From Chlorokybus atmophyticus (Eukaryota > Plantae > Mesostigma and Chlorokybus algae): 64,000 bases of DNA. The position numbers and the translations under genes are program-made. A model generated the notes under the pieces. It searched no databases. It was not told the origin of the DNA and saw only the letters and a list, made by a program, of their open reading frames with translations. The DNA is taken from the NCBI GenBank assembly GCA_009103225.1, contig RHPI01003369.1, forward strand, positions 1,161,490 to 1,225,489. The letters run 5' to 3'. Positions within the stretch are counted from its first letter, which is position 1; every line of letters starts with the position of its first letter. This document shows positions 35,425 to 57,897 of this stretch, piece after piece.

Positions 35425-38400
35425 TGTGAGCATGAGCATGTCTTGCACACTGCTTAGTCTAGTCAGCTTTTGAATTGGTTAAGGCATGAGCCTTAGAGAT
35501 ACTGCTACTAGTATGAGCTGATATCAATCAGTCATGAGTCTGTAGCAAATATCGAGTCCACTACGCGGAGTATGACCAAGCAGCCTCCGGACTTGCTCAT
35601 GAGGCTGGCGCAGCCTGACGCAGCCAACGCCTTGGGAGAACGGCGAGAACTCCGCGTATACTTAGCCTTAGGAGGCGTGGCTTAGCTGGTTAGAAAGCTT
35701 TGGCTGTAAGCTAGACAAATAAGCTTACATATTGGCAACTTGCTGAGTATAGCTCACACGGTGCTTGCTAAAGTAGACATTTGTAGTCTGGCTGGTATAA
35801 AGGCCAATAGAATCAACAAGTTGTTGGCTCGGGTGAAACCCCTTTGCAAGCCTTGTGTGCACGCCTTGTGTGTATGTTCTAGTGCATGTGTATGCTGTAG
35901 TTGGCCAGCGCTCAGTGTTCAACAGTTTATGGGCCCACACTGCTAGTGGTTCAAGAGAGCAGACAGCACTACAAGTGGAAAAGCTGAGCGGAACTGCTAC
36001 TTGCGGAAGACCTCTGAAGAAGGCGTGACAAGATGGCGGAAGATGATGGCTCCAGCGTCAGGTTGTCGGTGGCACCTCTGGACGTGGAGAACTACAGCAC
36101 ATGGAGCATAAAGATGAAGGCGCTGTTAAAGCACAAGGGTTTGTGGAAGTATGCCGATCCCAACGGTACCGCACCTGTAGAGGGTACGCAGAGTGTGTGG
36201 TTGGAGAAGAGTGAAAAGGCACTTGCATTGCTATTTTTGAACGTGAAGGATCACCGTCTTGTGATGCTTAATGAGTGTGAGCATGCAAATGAAGCGTGGC
36301 AGAAGCTGGCAGACATATTCAAAGCAAGCAACAATGCAAAGAAGCTGCAGCTGAAAAGGCAGCTGAACGCGCTGAAGAAGGAGTCAGTGGAGCCTATCTT
36401 CAAGTGCGTGGGACGAGCAAGGGAGCTGTGGAAAGACCTCACTTCAATAGGCCACGAGGTGAAGGAGGTGGAGCTGGTTTGGGGTTATCCTCTTCGGTCT
36501 TCCTAAGGAGTACGACATAGTGGTGACCGTGCTTGAGACGCAAAGGGAAGACTCAAGCTCAATGTGGTGCTGCCCATGCTGCTTCAACATGAAGAGAAGA
36601 TAGGCAGCAGAAGGAATGAAGCAAATTCGGTGGCATTTGCTGCTTCAAGCTCAAAGAAAGGAAGTCAGGGTGGAGGAGGAGGCTCATACATTGGTTGCAA
36701 CAGGAAGGGGAAGGACTACAAGAAGACCCTCAAGTGTCATCATTGTGGAAAGAAGGGCCACTTCAAGATGGAGTGCCGGCTGTGGTTAGCGGAGCAAGAG
36801 AAGGCGAAAAGTGGCGGACACGACAACAAGGGTGAGAAACCCATGGCGTTTACAGCTGCATTGTCATGACCTGCTATTGCTTGAGTGCTGGACTCCGGGT
36901 GCAACAAGCATCTCACCTTTGACAAGGAGCAGTTTCAGAGCTACAGGCTTATGGCCAAGCCTGTCATGGTCACATTGGAAGCAGCTATTGGCATGGGGGA
37001 CATCCACCTCAGCTGCAATGTTGACGGAGCTGAAAGGCAAGTGTGCTTGCGCAACGTGTTACATGTTCCCCGAGCGGTTGTTAGTTTAGTCTCAGTGCGG
37101 GCTGCTGCAAGAGCTGGGGTAAGGACTGTATTTCAGGGAGATCATCCGGCGTGTACTGTTTGACGGGGTCGTGTACATGATCGCCAAAGATCATGGAGGA
37201 GGAGAGTATCATGTGAAGCTTGCTGGAGTGCAAGTGTATACTGCATCGACATAAAAGTTTGCAGCGCTGTGGCATCAACGACTTGGACATCTCGGCTAAG
37301 ATAACCTCACCAGGCTGGTGAAGGAAGACATGGTGGATGGCATCAACATTAAGCCGGAGGAGTTCAAAACCATGCAAGCGGTGTTGTGTGAACCCTGTGT
37401 GCTGGCGAAGCAACGAAGACTGCCATTCCCAACATCACAAAGTGTGACAACCAAGCCTCTGCAACTGGTACACTCTAATGTATGCGGACCACTGCCTGCT
37501 ACAGCTGCTGAAGGGTATAGGTATAGGTATTTTTGTACATTCCTGGATGATTTCAGCAAGGTTGCGGTGGTAGTGCCCTTGCATTTGAAGTCGGAAGTGT
37601 CGGCACAGCTGAAGAAGGTACTCACCCTGATGGAGAAACAGTTAGAAGAGAAGGTGGTAATAGTGCGGTTAGACAGAGGTGGAGATTACATCAGCAAGAA
37701 GCTAAAGACCTGGTTGGCTGAGCACGGGATCATGCACCAATACACAGCACCCTACACCTCGCAGCAGAACGGAGCAGCTGAGAGGCTGAACAGAACCCTG
37801 TTGGAGAAAGTCAGAGCAATGCTGGTGGACGCAAAAATGCAAGACCATAGGTGGGGAGATGCAATGCTTACTACAGCGTATGTGTGCAGTCGCTCACCGG
37901 AAGCATCTTAAGCAAAGACACCATGGGAGCTTTTCACCAAGCAAAGGCCAGACTTCTCTATGTTAAAGGTTTTCGGCTCTACAGCGTATGTTTTCATCCC
38001 CAAGCAACTGCAAAAGAAGCTGGCGCCCAAGAGCAAAAAGGGCGTGTTTATTGGCTATGAGTTCAACTTAAAGGCCTACCGCGTGCTGTTGGAAGACAAC
38101 AAGGTGGTGGTGAGTAGGGATGTGATGTTTATGGAGGAGGGCATCACAGGTGCTGTGCCAGAGGTTGTTGTTGTTGAGGAGGAGGACCCCCACATGGAGG
38201 AGCCACCTATAAACAACATTCCGCACCGTGAGGACCAAATTACAGACACCAGCTATCAGTCTTAGCAACAAGCATCGGAGGAAGAAGCTGTGGAGGTCCA
38301 GGAGGAGCCCAGGTACATGCTGAGCACGAGACTTGAGGAAGGACGCTTAAAAAGCTTAGCAGCATTAACCAAGGAGGAGGAGCCTACCACATATGAGGAG

Positions 38401-40086
38401 GCAATGACAGCCCCAAACACAGAGCTGTGGCATCATGCAATGGACGAGGACATAGCATCCTTACACGCCAACGGCACATGGAGGCTGGAGAAGGTCCCAC
38501 CTGAAGTGAAGCCCTTACCGGTGAAGTGGGTGTACAATGTCAAGCGCGATGGGCAAGGCCGTATCGAGAGATACAAGGCACGATTGGTGGTGAAGGGGTA
38601 CTTGCAGCAAGAGGGCATTGACTTCAATGAGGTGTTCCCCCCTGCTCGTAAGCTTGTAACCTTTCGCACCATGTTTGCACTTGTGGTAGCTGAGGATTGA
38701 TACCTACACCACTTGGGTGTAAAGACTGCATTCCTCTACGGAGAGTTGGAGGAGGAGATCTACATGCAGCAACCCAAGGGCTATAAGAAGGGAGGACCAG
38801 GCACTGCTTGCAGACTTGTAAAGGCATTGTACGGGCTCCAGCAAGCGCCATGAGTATGGCACATCCGGCTCATTAAGGAGTTGGACAAGATTGGCTTCAC
38901 ACCTTCTGAAGCTGATCCTGGACTCTTCACGCACAAGGAGAAGCAGATCTGGCTGTTGGTCTACGTTAACGACATCATGACTGCTGCGAAGAAGCTGAAG
39001 GACTTGGAGGAGGTGAAGACGTCTCTCAAGTCTGCCTTCGACATGAGGGACTTGGGAGAGGCAAAGCTGTTGTTAAGCATTGTGATCGAGAGGGATAGGG
39101 ACACAACAAGATAACCAAGATTAGCCAGGAGTTGATGGCGCGAAGGATTGTGAGAAGTTTGGAATGGGAGACGCCGAAGGCAAGGTGATACCCATGTCCG
39201 TGGAAGCCAAGCTGCAACGAGCAATGAGTGAGACAGAGCTCCTCAACAGGAGCAAGTTCCCTTACAGTGAGTTGGTTGGGAGCATGCTTTACAAGTCCGT
39301 GAGCACAAGGCCAGACACCGCACATGCTGTGGGAGTGCGTGCACGCTACATGTCAGCACCCACCATGGAGCATTAGAGAGCTGCAAAGAAGTTGCTGCGT
39401 TATGTGATGGGGAGCACAAGTGTGGGCATTCACTTTGGAGAGGGAGCTGGTGCTGGAGACAAGGAGTTGGAGGGCTACTGTGACGCTGACTACGCTAGGG
39501 ACCTCGACACGAGGAGGTCAACTACTGGCTACACGTTCCTGATCACTGGTGGAATTATTAGCTGGAACAGTAAGCTGCAACCTACCGTGGCTGCCTCGAC
39601 AGCAGAGGTGGAGTACATGGTTGCCTCATCGGCAGTGAAGGAGGCATTGTGGTTGAAGAAGCTGATGGTGAACTTATGCTACCCTGCAAGCTGCATCAGC
39701 ATCAACCGCGACAACCAAGGCGTAATCAAGCTGTTAAAGCATCTGATTGCTTCAGTCCGATCAAGGCACATTGATGTTATTCACCACTTTGTGCGCGAGG
39801 GTATGGCAAGGAAGGAGGTGGCGTTCAAGTATCGCAACACGGAGGGGATGCTGGCTGACTGCATGACCAAGCCTTTGGTGACGAAGAAGTTCCATGACTG
39901 CACTGGATGACTTGGAGTCTACTAAGCTGCCTGCATGGGAGAGTTAGCATAAGCATGTCTTGCACACTGCTTAGTCTAGTCAGCTTGTGAATTGGCTGAC
40001 GCATAGGCATGAGCCTTACAGACACTGCTACTAGTATGAGCTGATATCGATCAGTCACGAGTCTATAGCAGATAACAAGTCCACTA
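35425..40086 (+). mobile_element. Degenerate Ty1/Copia retrotransposon (copia/Osser-like half-tRNA PBS), 3' LTR truncated
   Basis: 5' LTR at about 35425-35924 (TGT...AACA). PBS GTTTATGGGCCCA at 35925-35937. Gag (NYSTWSIKM, CHHCGKKGHFKMEC), protease (LDSGCNKH), integrase (CEPC...QQNGAAERLNRTL), RT (RYKARLVVKG) and RNase H (GYCDADYA) in Copia order. 3' LTR remnant at 39942-40086. Confidence 0.92.
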
Positions 40087-41926
40087 TTCCTCTGACATGT
40101 CATTGGCTAAGGGCAACCAGTTGTTGATGGACACGATCCACTTCTTAACAGTATTTTTCCTGTCAGTGGGATCAAACTTGGATGGCTTGACCAATGCCAT
40201 CTGGGCATTGGCAGACATACTGCCTGTGGCGGGTGCAGAGCGCAAGGCCGTCATTTGCTGAGACAGATGAGAGATCAATGACTCTGCATTCTCCAATGTA
40301 GAAGTAACACATCGCGCCAACGCTGCCTGATGGCGACAATAATGTTCCAAGGATTGGAATGCGCAACGCGGGCCATTGAAAGCAGTGTCCAAGACGAGCA
40401 GTGAATTTTGAATGAAATCATCACTGGTCTCAGTGGGTTGCAACCCAAAAGGTTGGCTCTGTTGAGATCCCTCTGAAGTGGTGCGAGTGGCTGCTAGTGC
40501 ATGTTGTTGCTGTGTAGTTTTCTCCGGGGTTCATTGACATTAACATGCACGATCTGAGCAGGGTCTGCAAACAACTCTGATGGGGTTGCCCCCAGTTCAA
40601 CATCTTTCAACCGCTTCTCTACATCAAGCATAAGGCGCTGCTGCCTAGCGGGTTTAAGTTTGTCAAACTGTTTACCAGCAAGAAGGTTCCTTCGTACATC
40701 ACCTGCAAGCGCTTCGCCTCCCCCACAGAGTAGGGTTGACTGCAGAGAAAGCGTTCTTGCTTGGTGAGCTTAAGGAGAATGGCCCCTTCAATCTCATCCT
40801 GTGGGTTAACTATATCCTCCTTTTGCCCCTCTACTTGCGTAGCGGTAAGCGGGGGACAGTGCCCTGAGATGTCTATTTTAACTTGCCTTTTGCCATGTCT
40901 GAACACAGCAATACAGCTTGTAGAAACGAAGTTGTGTAAGCCAAAGAGTTGTGTAAGCAAAGCTTGCAACAACAACCAACAACAAGTCGTATGCCTGGGG
41001 CTGCTCGTGTTGTAAAATTGAGTGTAATGCCACTCAAAGAATGATGTTAACGTGTGAGTGAGTGCTGTCACCTATTGCGATGCAAAGCAAAGCAACTTAA
41101 TGACTAAGTGCTTGACTGCAGCGCAGAGGAATATCCGAGAGGCTCCCTCAATTAATGCGGGGATTATCTCGAGAGGCTCTTTGTTATTAATTGTGCCCAA
41201 ATATGCATGCAATGCACGCGAGTCAGCAAACACTCACGCACATCAACCTCTCCACAAGGAAGAGGGGCCAGATTAGCACGAAACAACCTATGCAAGCTCA
41301 TTATTTACTTCTTTGCGTTGAAAGTCTGGTTGGTCGCGGCGACTTGCCAGGCTTTGATTGCCGCTGGCCTGGCGGCGGTCGACCGCAGGGGGCAGGAACC
41401 GATGCTCGCGGCAGTCAGTCCGGCGGCCGATACGATGGTACCTGCTGCGACGCAGGTTGCGTCGCCGGAGGTTGCACAGTAGGCTGCGCAGTAGGTGGCT
41501 TGCCAGGCTTCTGGCCTGGAGGATGTGAATGGCGGCGCTGCTAGCGGCCTGGTGGCTTGCTGGCAGCGTTGCTCTACCACAATAAATAACCACAATAACA
41601 CATTAAGGCCCACCCACAAGGAGGACCTTACTCCGATACCAAATGTGCAGGGAGAAAGGCCAACTCCCCCTTTAACCCTCTACCCCAACACCCACGCCAA
41701 CGACCCTACCCATGCCGCCGCCGTGATTGTCGTGTCAAGAACCCGTTCCCCCACTCACTATCAGCCATAGCTTTGATCAGTTTGGTTAATATCAACCAAT
41801 TAGGGTAAGAATCGTGGATTTCACCCGTTGGGACTAATAGCTTAAATAAGACTCATATAAGGGTCTTAATTAAGCATAGAGCGAGGAACAAATGGAGCTT
41901 CGCATATACTTGACCAATTAAGGTCA

Positions 41927-48791
<6,865 letters not shown>

Positions 48792-50553
48792 GGTCATATA
48801 AAATGATGTCAAGGTGAAAACCTTAAGTAAGGGAAAAGCCCTTTACATGATATGTCACAATTCTAACCCACCCTGTCAGTCAGTGACGCATGCATGCATG
48901 TGCACTAACCTGCACATAGCCGTCATATTAGCGCGACTCCATGCACCAACCAATATGAAACGGACCGGATTAAACTCCCCCGCCGCTGCTAGCAAAAAAC
49001 CCTTGCCTCGATCACCCACAATTGTTTTCGTTGTGACGATTGTTGCATGTGTATAGGTTTTGCGAGTTACATATATATATGCAGACGTATGCTTATCATT
49101 CCCATCGTATTTGCGATCATGTGTATAAGAATGCAATGTTGTGTGTGTCAATTAATATGGGGTGGGGCGGCAAGCTGTACCATAGCATGTCATCTTTTTA
49201 TGAATTACAATAGTACACAGGCAATAACATGGTCGCAGCACGGACCATGTATTTGTGCACATACATTAGGCGGTTCTTTGTTTGATTGGTTCCGGAAGCC
49301 CCCCCCCCCNCCCCCCCCCCCCCCCCCCCCCCCCCTCTAGGGATTGGCTTGAACCTGCCATACACCCCATTTGTGAGCTTCATAAATGCACAAATTGTAC
49401 ATAAGCAATTATTTACTTAATGGTGGTGGGTCTGCTTCCCTCAGCTCGGCATGCATTCATATGCACCTAATCAGCGGCATCGCACGAGCATCGCATGTGA
49501 TGCGATGGCCGGTTGAAACGAAAGGGAAGAATATTTACGTTGTCACATGTTGTTACGCATGGTTCATGACGTGTTACACTGCTTAAAAGCTTATTCAATC
49601 ACACAGCAGATCATGCTGTGATGTGAGCTTGTTGAGCAGCGCAATCCATTAATTGACGCTTTTGTATTATATCAGCTTTGTATAACAAGAATAATTTATA
49701 TGTTCTTACAAATTGTAAAAACTTGAAAGTATGTTCAACAATTTTCCAACTGGAGTCCATGAAAAAGTAACTCCAAGTTACTTCAATCTATACAAATAAT
49801 CAGTTTGCATCAACGGTGTGCGCGTTGTTACAAAAACTTTTGCTTTACCCAATGGGCACGCTGACCAGTTTTAAGCAAGCTTTTACATGATTGGTTTTTA
49901 ATCCCCACACATATTTAGCGGCATAAGGTGAAGTTTATGTTAATTTGGTCTATGCGCCAATTATCAAACGTTAATAAAAATAGAAATGTACACGATAGCG
50001 CATACCATATTAGATTCTGTAACTTATACGCCAAACACATACGACATGACCTCTCCACCATGTGCTCCTTGCAATATCACAATTTAATACACTATTTGAA
50101 ACAATATACATTTGTTAGTATTGATCATAGCTAGTTTGCAAAATGCGACAAGAAAAAAGTTACGTATATAACTTTACAATAGTGCATAAAAAGCTATCTA
50201 ACATTGTGTAAATGTATGATGCAGTAAATGATCTGCTCTTAACAACAATCTTACAATATATAGCGCACCACACCATTTGACTTTTATCAATGACCCTTGC
50301 ACAAGAAAGTTTGCAAATCAACAACAACAACTGTAAACTCGGTCATCAAGGACAGCATTCTTTGCCTCGCAGAGCCACCTGTTGATAAAAGATTACCGTG
50401 CGCACATTCCCGCTTGGAGTCCAAAGGCACCGTATAGTAATGCTTACAAGGGATGAATGTCAGCAGGCATTCTAGCAGGCAATCCTCCGGGTTCGGCTAC
50501 AGAACCGTCTGCAGCAGCGCTGGTCTAAGACCGAAGGCGCGGGCGGCCGGGGT

Positions 50554-50561
50554 TAGGGTTT
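50554..50561 (-). promoter_or_regulatory. Telo-box upstream of RPL8 (a second copy at 50915-50922 in intron 1)
   Basis: TAGGGTTT about 60 nt before the ATG and again in intron 1. Telo-boxes are established elements of plant ribosomal-protein genes. Confidence 0.5.
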
Positions 50562-50617
50562 GGTTCAACACCTGGCGCCGGCCTCTTTGGCTCCGCGGCG
50601 GCGGTGGCGGCGGCGAC

Positions 50618-52064
50618 ATGGGTCGCGTGATCCGCGCCCAGCGTAAGGGTGCTGGAGGTATCTTTAAGTCGCACACCCACCATCGGAAGGGCGCCGCCAA
50701 GTTCCGCAGCTTGGACTACGCGGAGCGCTCCGGCTACATCAAGGTGAGCTGTTGGGGTCAAGGAGCTGCAGAAGGAGTTTGTTGCAGCGATTGCAGCAAT
50801 CTGCTGATCGCGCGTTGATTTGCGATCTTCGAGTAGTTTGTAAACCCCGCAACGTGTGTGGTAAAATGTGAGGCTACCGGTCGACAAAGTCCGCCTGTTT
50901 CCAGGCGGCGGTGTTAGGGTTTTCTTTGGTCAGATGCGTCCCTTGTACCTGGATTGCACATCTATCTATCGACAGATTGCATTAAAAGCAAGCATGCTGC
51001 AGTAGTGACGTTATTGAGATGCTCATGTTGTGCAGTTACTGCAATTGGTCGGTCTCTTGGTCTTGTTAGCAACGTCGTCTTGTTTCGCTTATATGCATTA
51101 TGTCAATGCTACGGGACGGTTGTTTTCTGTTGTACAGCTTTGGAGTGAGTCCTCTCTTAATTGGCAAATCACATGTTGGTGGGCGCAATGGAAGCAATTG
51201 CTGACCCCGAGTAACATCGCAGGGTGTCGTCACAGACATCATCCATGATTCCGGTCGTGGTGCCCCGCTCGCAAAGGTGACTTTCAGGCACCCTTTCCGC
51301 TTCAAGCACCAGAAGGAGCTGATGGTGGCAGCGGAGGGCATGTACACTGGCCAGTTTGTGTACTGCGGCAAGAAGGCCACCTTGGCTATTGGCAATGTCC
51401 TGCCCCTGCGCACCCTTCCTGAGGGTACCGTTGTGTGCAATATTGAACAACGACTGGGCGATCGTGGTGCGCTTGCTCGTGCATCAGGCGACTACGGTAT
51501 CATCATCTCCCACAACCCTGACACCAACCAGACACGGTATGGCACTTTGGTTGCCCTCATGGTCACATATATAAAGTTGGTACGAGGCTTGCTCGCAACC
51601 ATCCGCACAGCTACTGTATAGCACTGTATGCATGTCGCAACTAGCAGTTTTGCATGCATGTCTCAAATACTGGCCTATCGTTATTGCTGCTGTTTGCGCA
51701 TGTTACAGTTGCAACTGTCTGCAGTGTTAAGCTGCCCTCCGGTGCGAAGAAGATCGTTGCCTCTGGCTGCCGTGCCATGATTGGGCAAGTTGCTGGTGGT
51801 GGCCGCACGGAGAAGCCCATGCTCAAGGCAGGCCGCGCTTACCACAAGTACAAGGCCAAGCGCAACAGCTGGCCTAAGGTGCGTGGTGTGGCTATGAACC
51901 CCGTGGAGCATCCCCATGGTGGTGGTAACCATCAGCATATTGGTCACGCATCCACGGTGCGGAGGGACGCTCCCCCCGGCCAGAAGGTTGGTCTTATCGC
52001 TGCGCGCCGCACTGGTCGTCTCCGCGGTCAACAGGCCGTCAAGGTTGGAGCTGGCAAGGAATAG
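50618..52064 (+). CDS. RPL8: 60S ribosomal protein uL2 (L8), 3 exons
   Basis: [19 protein letters not shown]...YAERSGYIK|[17 protein letters not shown]...[13 protein letters not shown]...|VKLPSGAKK...[25 protein letters not shown]. Confidence 0.99.
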
Positions 52065-52324
52065 ACATGACTATTATGATTGGATGCACTCAGCTTGTAA
52101 ATTTTCAGCCACATTCTTGCTGGCTTGCATGGCTTGGGGCGGTACTGAGCTGTCTGTGGATTGCGCTGTTTTCTTGAATTCACACATTACTTGGTCGGCA
52201 GCCACATGCTTCACAGCAGATGTGTTGTGGTATGTTGGTCACAACATGCACAATCTGCCAACAACATTTTGCGGTAGATGGCCGCAGTGCCGCAGGTGAG
52301 ACCCGTCAGTAGTAGTCCTGCTAT

Positions 52325-52526
52325 TTGTTTCAGCTGCCAAGATTAATTGTCTGGTGTAGTTTGTGTTCCTGTTTGCACCACAAGGTATACAAATGTGGAA
52401 TGGCTAGCACGGTGGACAAATAGGCTACTTGTTTTAGCTGCCAAGATTAATTGTCTGGTGTAGTTTGTGTCCCTGCTTGCACCACCAGGTACAAATGTGG
52501 AATGGCTAGCACGGTGGACAAATAGG
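52325..52526 (+). repeat. Tandem duplication of about 100 bp downstream of RPL8
   Basis: AGCTGCCAAGATTAATTGTCTGG...GGTGGACAAATAGG occurs twice with few mismatches. Confidence 0.9.
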
Positions 52527-53488
52527 ATGCAGCTAGATGCCAGGACAATGTGCACACACCAACGCAACATCAAAGCTGAAGCCGCGTCATTAGCATATTG
52601 AGCTGGCTGCAGCACGCGCTGCATTCATTGTTACAGGCCTGTTGCTGAGATGGCATGTGACAAGGTTACAATACTGTGTCAGTTTGAGAGGACTGCATGC
52701 TGAGTTGGATTACCTGTTCAAATGCACTGTTATTAACACATCGTAGAGCCTGTAATGCAATCCAATTCAGTAAATTGGCGCTGCGGGTTCGTGCAGCAAC
52801 AAACACTCTGGATTGTTGTTTGCAACACAGCCATTATGGCTAGCGTTTACCTACAGGTTTATCGCAACAGTTCCGTCGTAAGGCAAAGCGTTTTGTACAC
52901 AAACTTTGCGATTACGCAGCAGAACAAATATACACAAATAACATTGAGCCTCCATTCTACACCAGACAGTGTATATAAGGGGTATGGTACGGTGTGTAGC
53001 CACGTCGTAACATACTCACTATTTTATTTTTATCAGACGCTTACAAGGTCCCGGTGTCAAATCCATAACGCTAACACAACAAAACACATCCAAAACAATC
53101 ACGGTGCGAAGACCAATGACAATACAACTATGAACACTGACGAAACATCCTCAGGACTATCCACTGGCTGCCACTGCTACACATCTTTAACAGGCCCTGC
53201 AGTACATCATCACAAAGGGCGTGCACCACAACAGGGAATGCACGCCATCTTGCGGCACATGTCAATACAAGATATGATTGGTCTACTCCGCACATATTTA
53301 CATCTCCGCTCCTCAACAAAATCAACAACTGCCCACTAAGCCAGTAACTCAAAAATGTTCACAGCAACTATCCAACAAAGGCCTCCCCCAAACTTCAACC
53401 ATCAATTGAAGAATGCCAAAATTGGTTCACGTAGGTTACAAGGTAACCTACCCTCAGGCAGGCAATCCAACCATTCCCGTGCAGTCAA

Positions 53489-55560
53489 TCAATCCCACTG
53501 GAACAACATCACCAAAGCTGTCACGTTGTCCAGAGTGCCCAACTTTAGTGCGGACGCAACAAGCGCATCGGCAGCAGCCTTGGCATCGCCATCAGCTTTG
53601 GATGCAGAAGCCTGCAAACTGGACAGTACAATCTGACCAGCCGCGGCATCCGACACAGCATCCCACAAGCCATCAGTGCCCAGAATAACACACATATGCG
53701 GTGGCCGCAGCCGCAAAGTGTGCACGTCCGGCTTCGCAGACACCACAGGCAGCGGCACCTAAGCAGCCATGATTAGCAAAGGCCAAACTTGTTATCAATC
53801 TCACAAATGACTTTGCATGCCCACCTTGAAGTCCAGATCGCCCAGCGAACGAGAAACAGCCAACCTCATTGGCATGTCACCGCTGGCTACCCGCCAGCAT
53901 CCATGGAACTCCAAGTGGCCACCAACAGACTCCACACGCTTGCGCTCAGCATCCAGGTTGGGCTTGTGGTCAGTAGTAAGCCGCTCCACGCTTCCGTCAC
54001 TGTTGCAAAGGACGGCACGGCTATCCCCAGCGTTGGCTATGTACAAAGCTTGCCCCAGCAACAGAGCAACCAGAGCTGTGCACCCATCACGAGTGCCCTG
54101 TTCTTTTGTCATGGCCAGGATCTCTTGGTCAACCTAATGTTACAGCACAACAAAGGTTATACATGCAGTCAGATTGGTAGACATGCATAGCTACGTGCTA
54201 CCTCATACCTGTTCAAATGCGCGCATCATTGCTGTAGACACGCTGGCCTCTTCTTGAAAGCGCTGAGGTCCAATGCTTCCTCCAAATGGCAACGATCGAT
54301 CTGCCCCAAGAATTATGTGCAGCCTGCGAGATGCGTATTCCGCTGCTTTGGCGCCATTGTGGCCATCAAACACCGCTGCGCAAGCGGAGGTCACATTGAT
54401 ACATGACCAATAACAAGCCGGTGATTTACCCAAATGGTTACACATACCACAGTACGAACGCTGCAAGCCATCCTGTGCTGCAGCCATACCACCGCGAGGG
54501 GCGAAGGTGAAACCTGGTACAATCGCGTGCCGGTCCTCCATGTAAGGACGTTCGCTTTTCGCCTGCAATGCATGTGTGGAGTATCAAGTAACAGGCGCAA
54601 ACACACTGGACGGCCCTGCAGTGCTATCATCTGCTGGCGTGCCTGTGCAACTCCAAATCTCACGGGACCCAATGTCTGTGAACTGTTGGTCTTGTCACTC
54701 AGCAGGCTTCTGGAAGGCTCTGATGTTGAAGGTTGTAGATGGGATGCTTCACTATACGGTGTGGGCCGCGAGGCACTCACTCCTCCACTCCGTTCCTTCT
54801 GAAAACGCCGAGCAGTGCTCTCTGCAAGACTGTAACTCTCCTTCTCATCAGCCTACAGCCACACAACAAGTCAACCAGCGTTTTGCAAGGCATTTGAAAT
54901 GCCTGAACACAGAGGGTCTGGTGGCAAAACTTGCGAATCAAGCAACCTGCAGTTCATCTTCAAAACTCAACCGTGCAGCTTTAGGGGAGGGTTTGTGCTT
55001 CTTCCTAGGGGGCTTTGAGGGCGATGATGCTTCACTGGGAGGAGCATCATGTGAAGACTTTTGAGGGAGCTGCTGGTCGGTGGTGCTTGCCCCAACCTCT
55101 GACTGCAGCTCCTGTGCACCCGCAAGCTCTGCCGTCTCATTGAAGACAGCAGTAGCAACCTTTGAGCCATGTTCACGCTCTTCGGCGGCAACCTTCACAC
55201 CTTGAGACTTAACATTGCCAGCATCTGCAGCTGGCGCCGTTGACGTTGGGTTGGGGTCTCCGGGAAGGGCACTCCTTAGAACACTCTCATGTTGCTCTGC
55301 CACTCTGATGTCAGCAAGCGAGCCTGTTCCTCCTCCAGCTGCAAGGGTACGCTCTGTGTGGACGGTATGATGTAAATGTCTGCTTGTATAATTCAGGCCG
55401 TTGCGATCAATTGGATGGTGATTGGCAATCAGACTGACCTTGAGCCCGATCAACATCATCTCTGTGTTGGGACGCGGGAGACTGGCCCTTTGGGCTGGCC
55501 ATGATAATGCTGCGGGGGCGTGTTGTTCCGTAAACCACTGGTGCTGGCATCAGCATCAAG
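53489..55560 (-). CDS. Protein phosphatase 2C (PPM family) with low-complexity N-terminal region; 5' end uncertain, possibly extending to about 56255
   Basis: RPYMED, AVFDGHNG, DGCTALV, YIANAGDSRAVL, LTTDHKP, LAVSRSLGDLDFK, ILGTDGLWD, DNVTALV. Confidence 0.9.
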
Positions 55561-56744
55561 TAGAGTAGCAGGCAGCATGCAGGCAGTGCGAGGTCAACGA
55601 GCAATCCCAGCTGTTACGCTGGTGGGAACTGTTGTTGCTGCCATTCACCCCAGAGGCTTGCCAACGCCTCACAGACAACTCGAAGCCCTGCACAACACAG
55701 GCAGTCCATGACAAGCAGCTTACATTGTGCGAACACAGTGTGGCAACGTCATAAGCAATGCTGGGCACGCAGTGCAAACCACGCATACATGATGGCTGCC
55801 AAGTCCCCAACTGGTGCATGCAAATGTTCACCAGCACAGAGAATGACTAATCCAAAAGTGTGTGGTGTGCGACGAGTGTGGGTTTGAGTTGCGCCATTAT
55901 GCTGGTCTCCTAGCGAAGTGAAGCCAGGTCACACATGGCCGAAGCATGTTCATAAATGTGTTGGAACATGGAGATCAGTGGATGCGACTCGCAGATCAGT
56001 CTGCAAGGCTGAACTGACGTCATCAGGCTGCATGACACAGCCAAATGGCTGTACTAACGCATAATCACGTATAGATGACAGCGCAGGTGGGCAATCGTAT
56101 GCATGTGTGCATGCATGGAAGCATGCAGGACGACAGAGATCGACACGAGCGCGGTGATCAGGGCAACCCAACAACACGTTAACGTGTGCAGCAAGATGTG
56201 CGGTTACCACACACCCGCACATGCTCTGGCCAGGCACCGTGAAGCAACTCACCATGACATGCCAGGCGACAGACCTTCCAGCTGCGCCCAGTGCCGACAC
56301 AGCAGAGACGGATGAACGGATGCTAGCGATCAGCCCGTCAGTACAGGAAGATCCGCACCGCTTTACAACTTACACCCACACATGCAGCCTCTCAGCCTCC
56401 GCTCAGATCACCACCACCACTGTCGGCATCACCGCCGCCGCCACCTAGGAGCAGCAGAATTAGGGTATACAATACTACAGCTGATGTCGTTCTGCGCTGC
56501 TTTGCTTTGAGCTAAGCACAACAGCAGTGGTGAAGGTGCCGGCAAGTGGTTTTTGTGTTGCTTCCGGCGGCGTCGTGGGCGGCGTCGTGGGAGAGTGCTT
56601 GTGCGTGCGTGAGGGTGTTGATGTTGCCAGGTTGCGGTGCTATTGGCTGGCAGAACTGCAACAAGCTAGCGAGGCGTTGAGGTGGTGTCTGTAGCGAGGT
56701 AACAGCAGCAAGCTGAACACTGGGTGTTGTTTGTAGCGGGCAGC

Positions 56745-57897
<1,153 letters not shown>

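Noticed and set aside
49299-49335. Poly-C tract, and the G/C tracts beside other Ns, as functional G-quadruplex elements
   Set aside because: They contain or abut Ns, so the true length is unreliable; typical short-read trouble spots.
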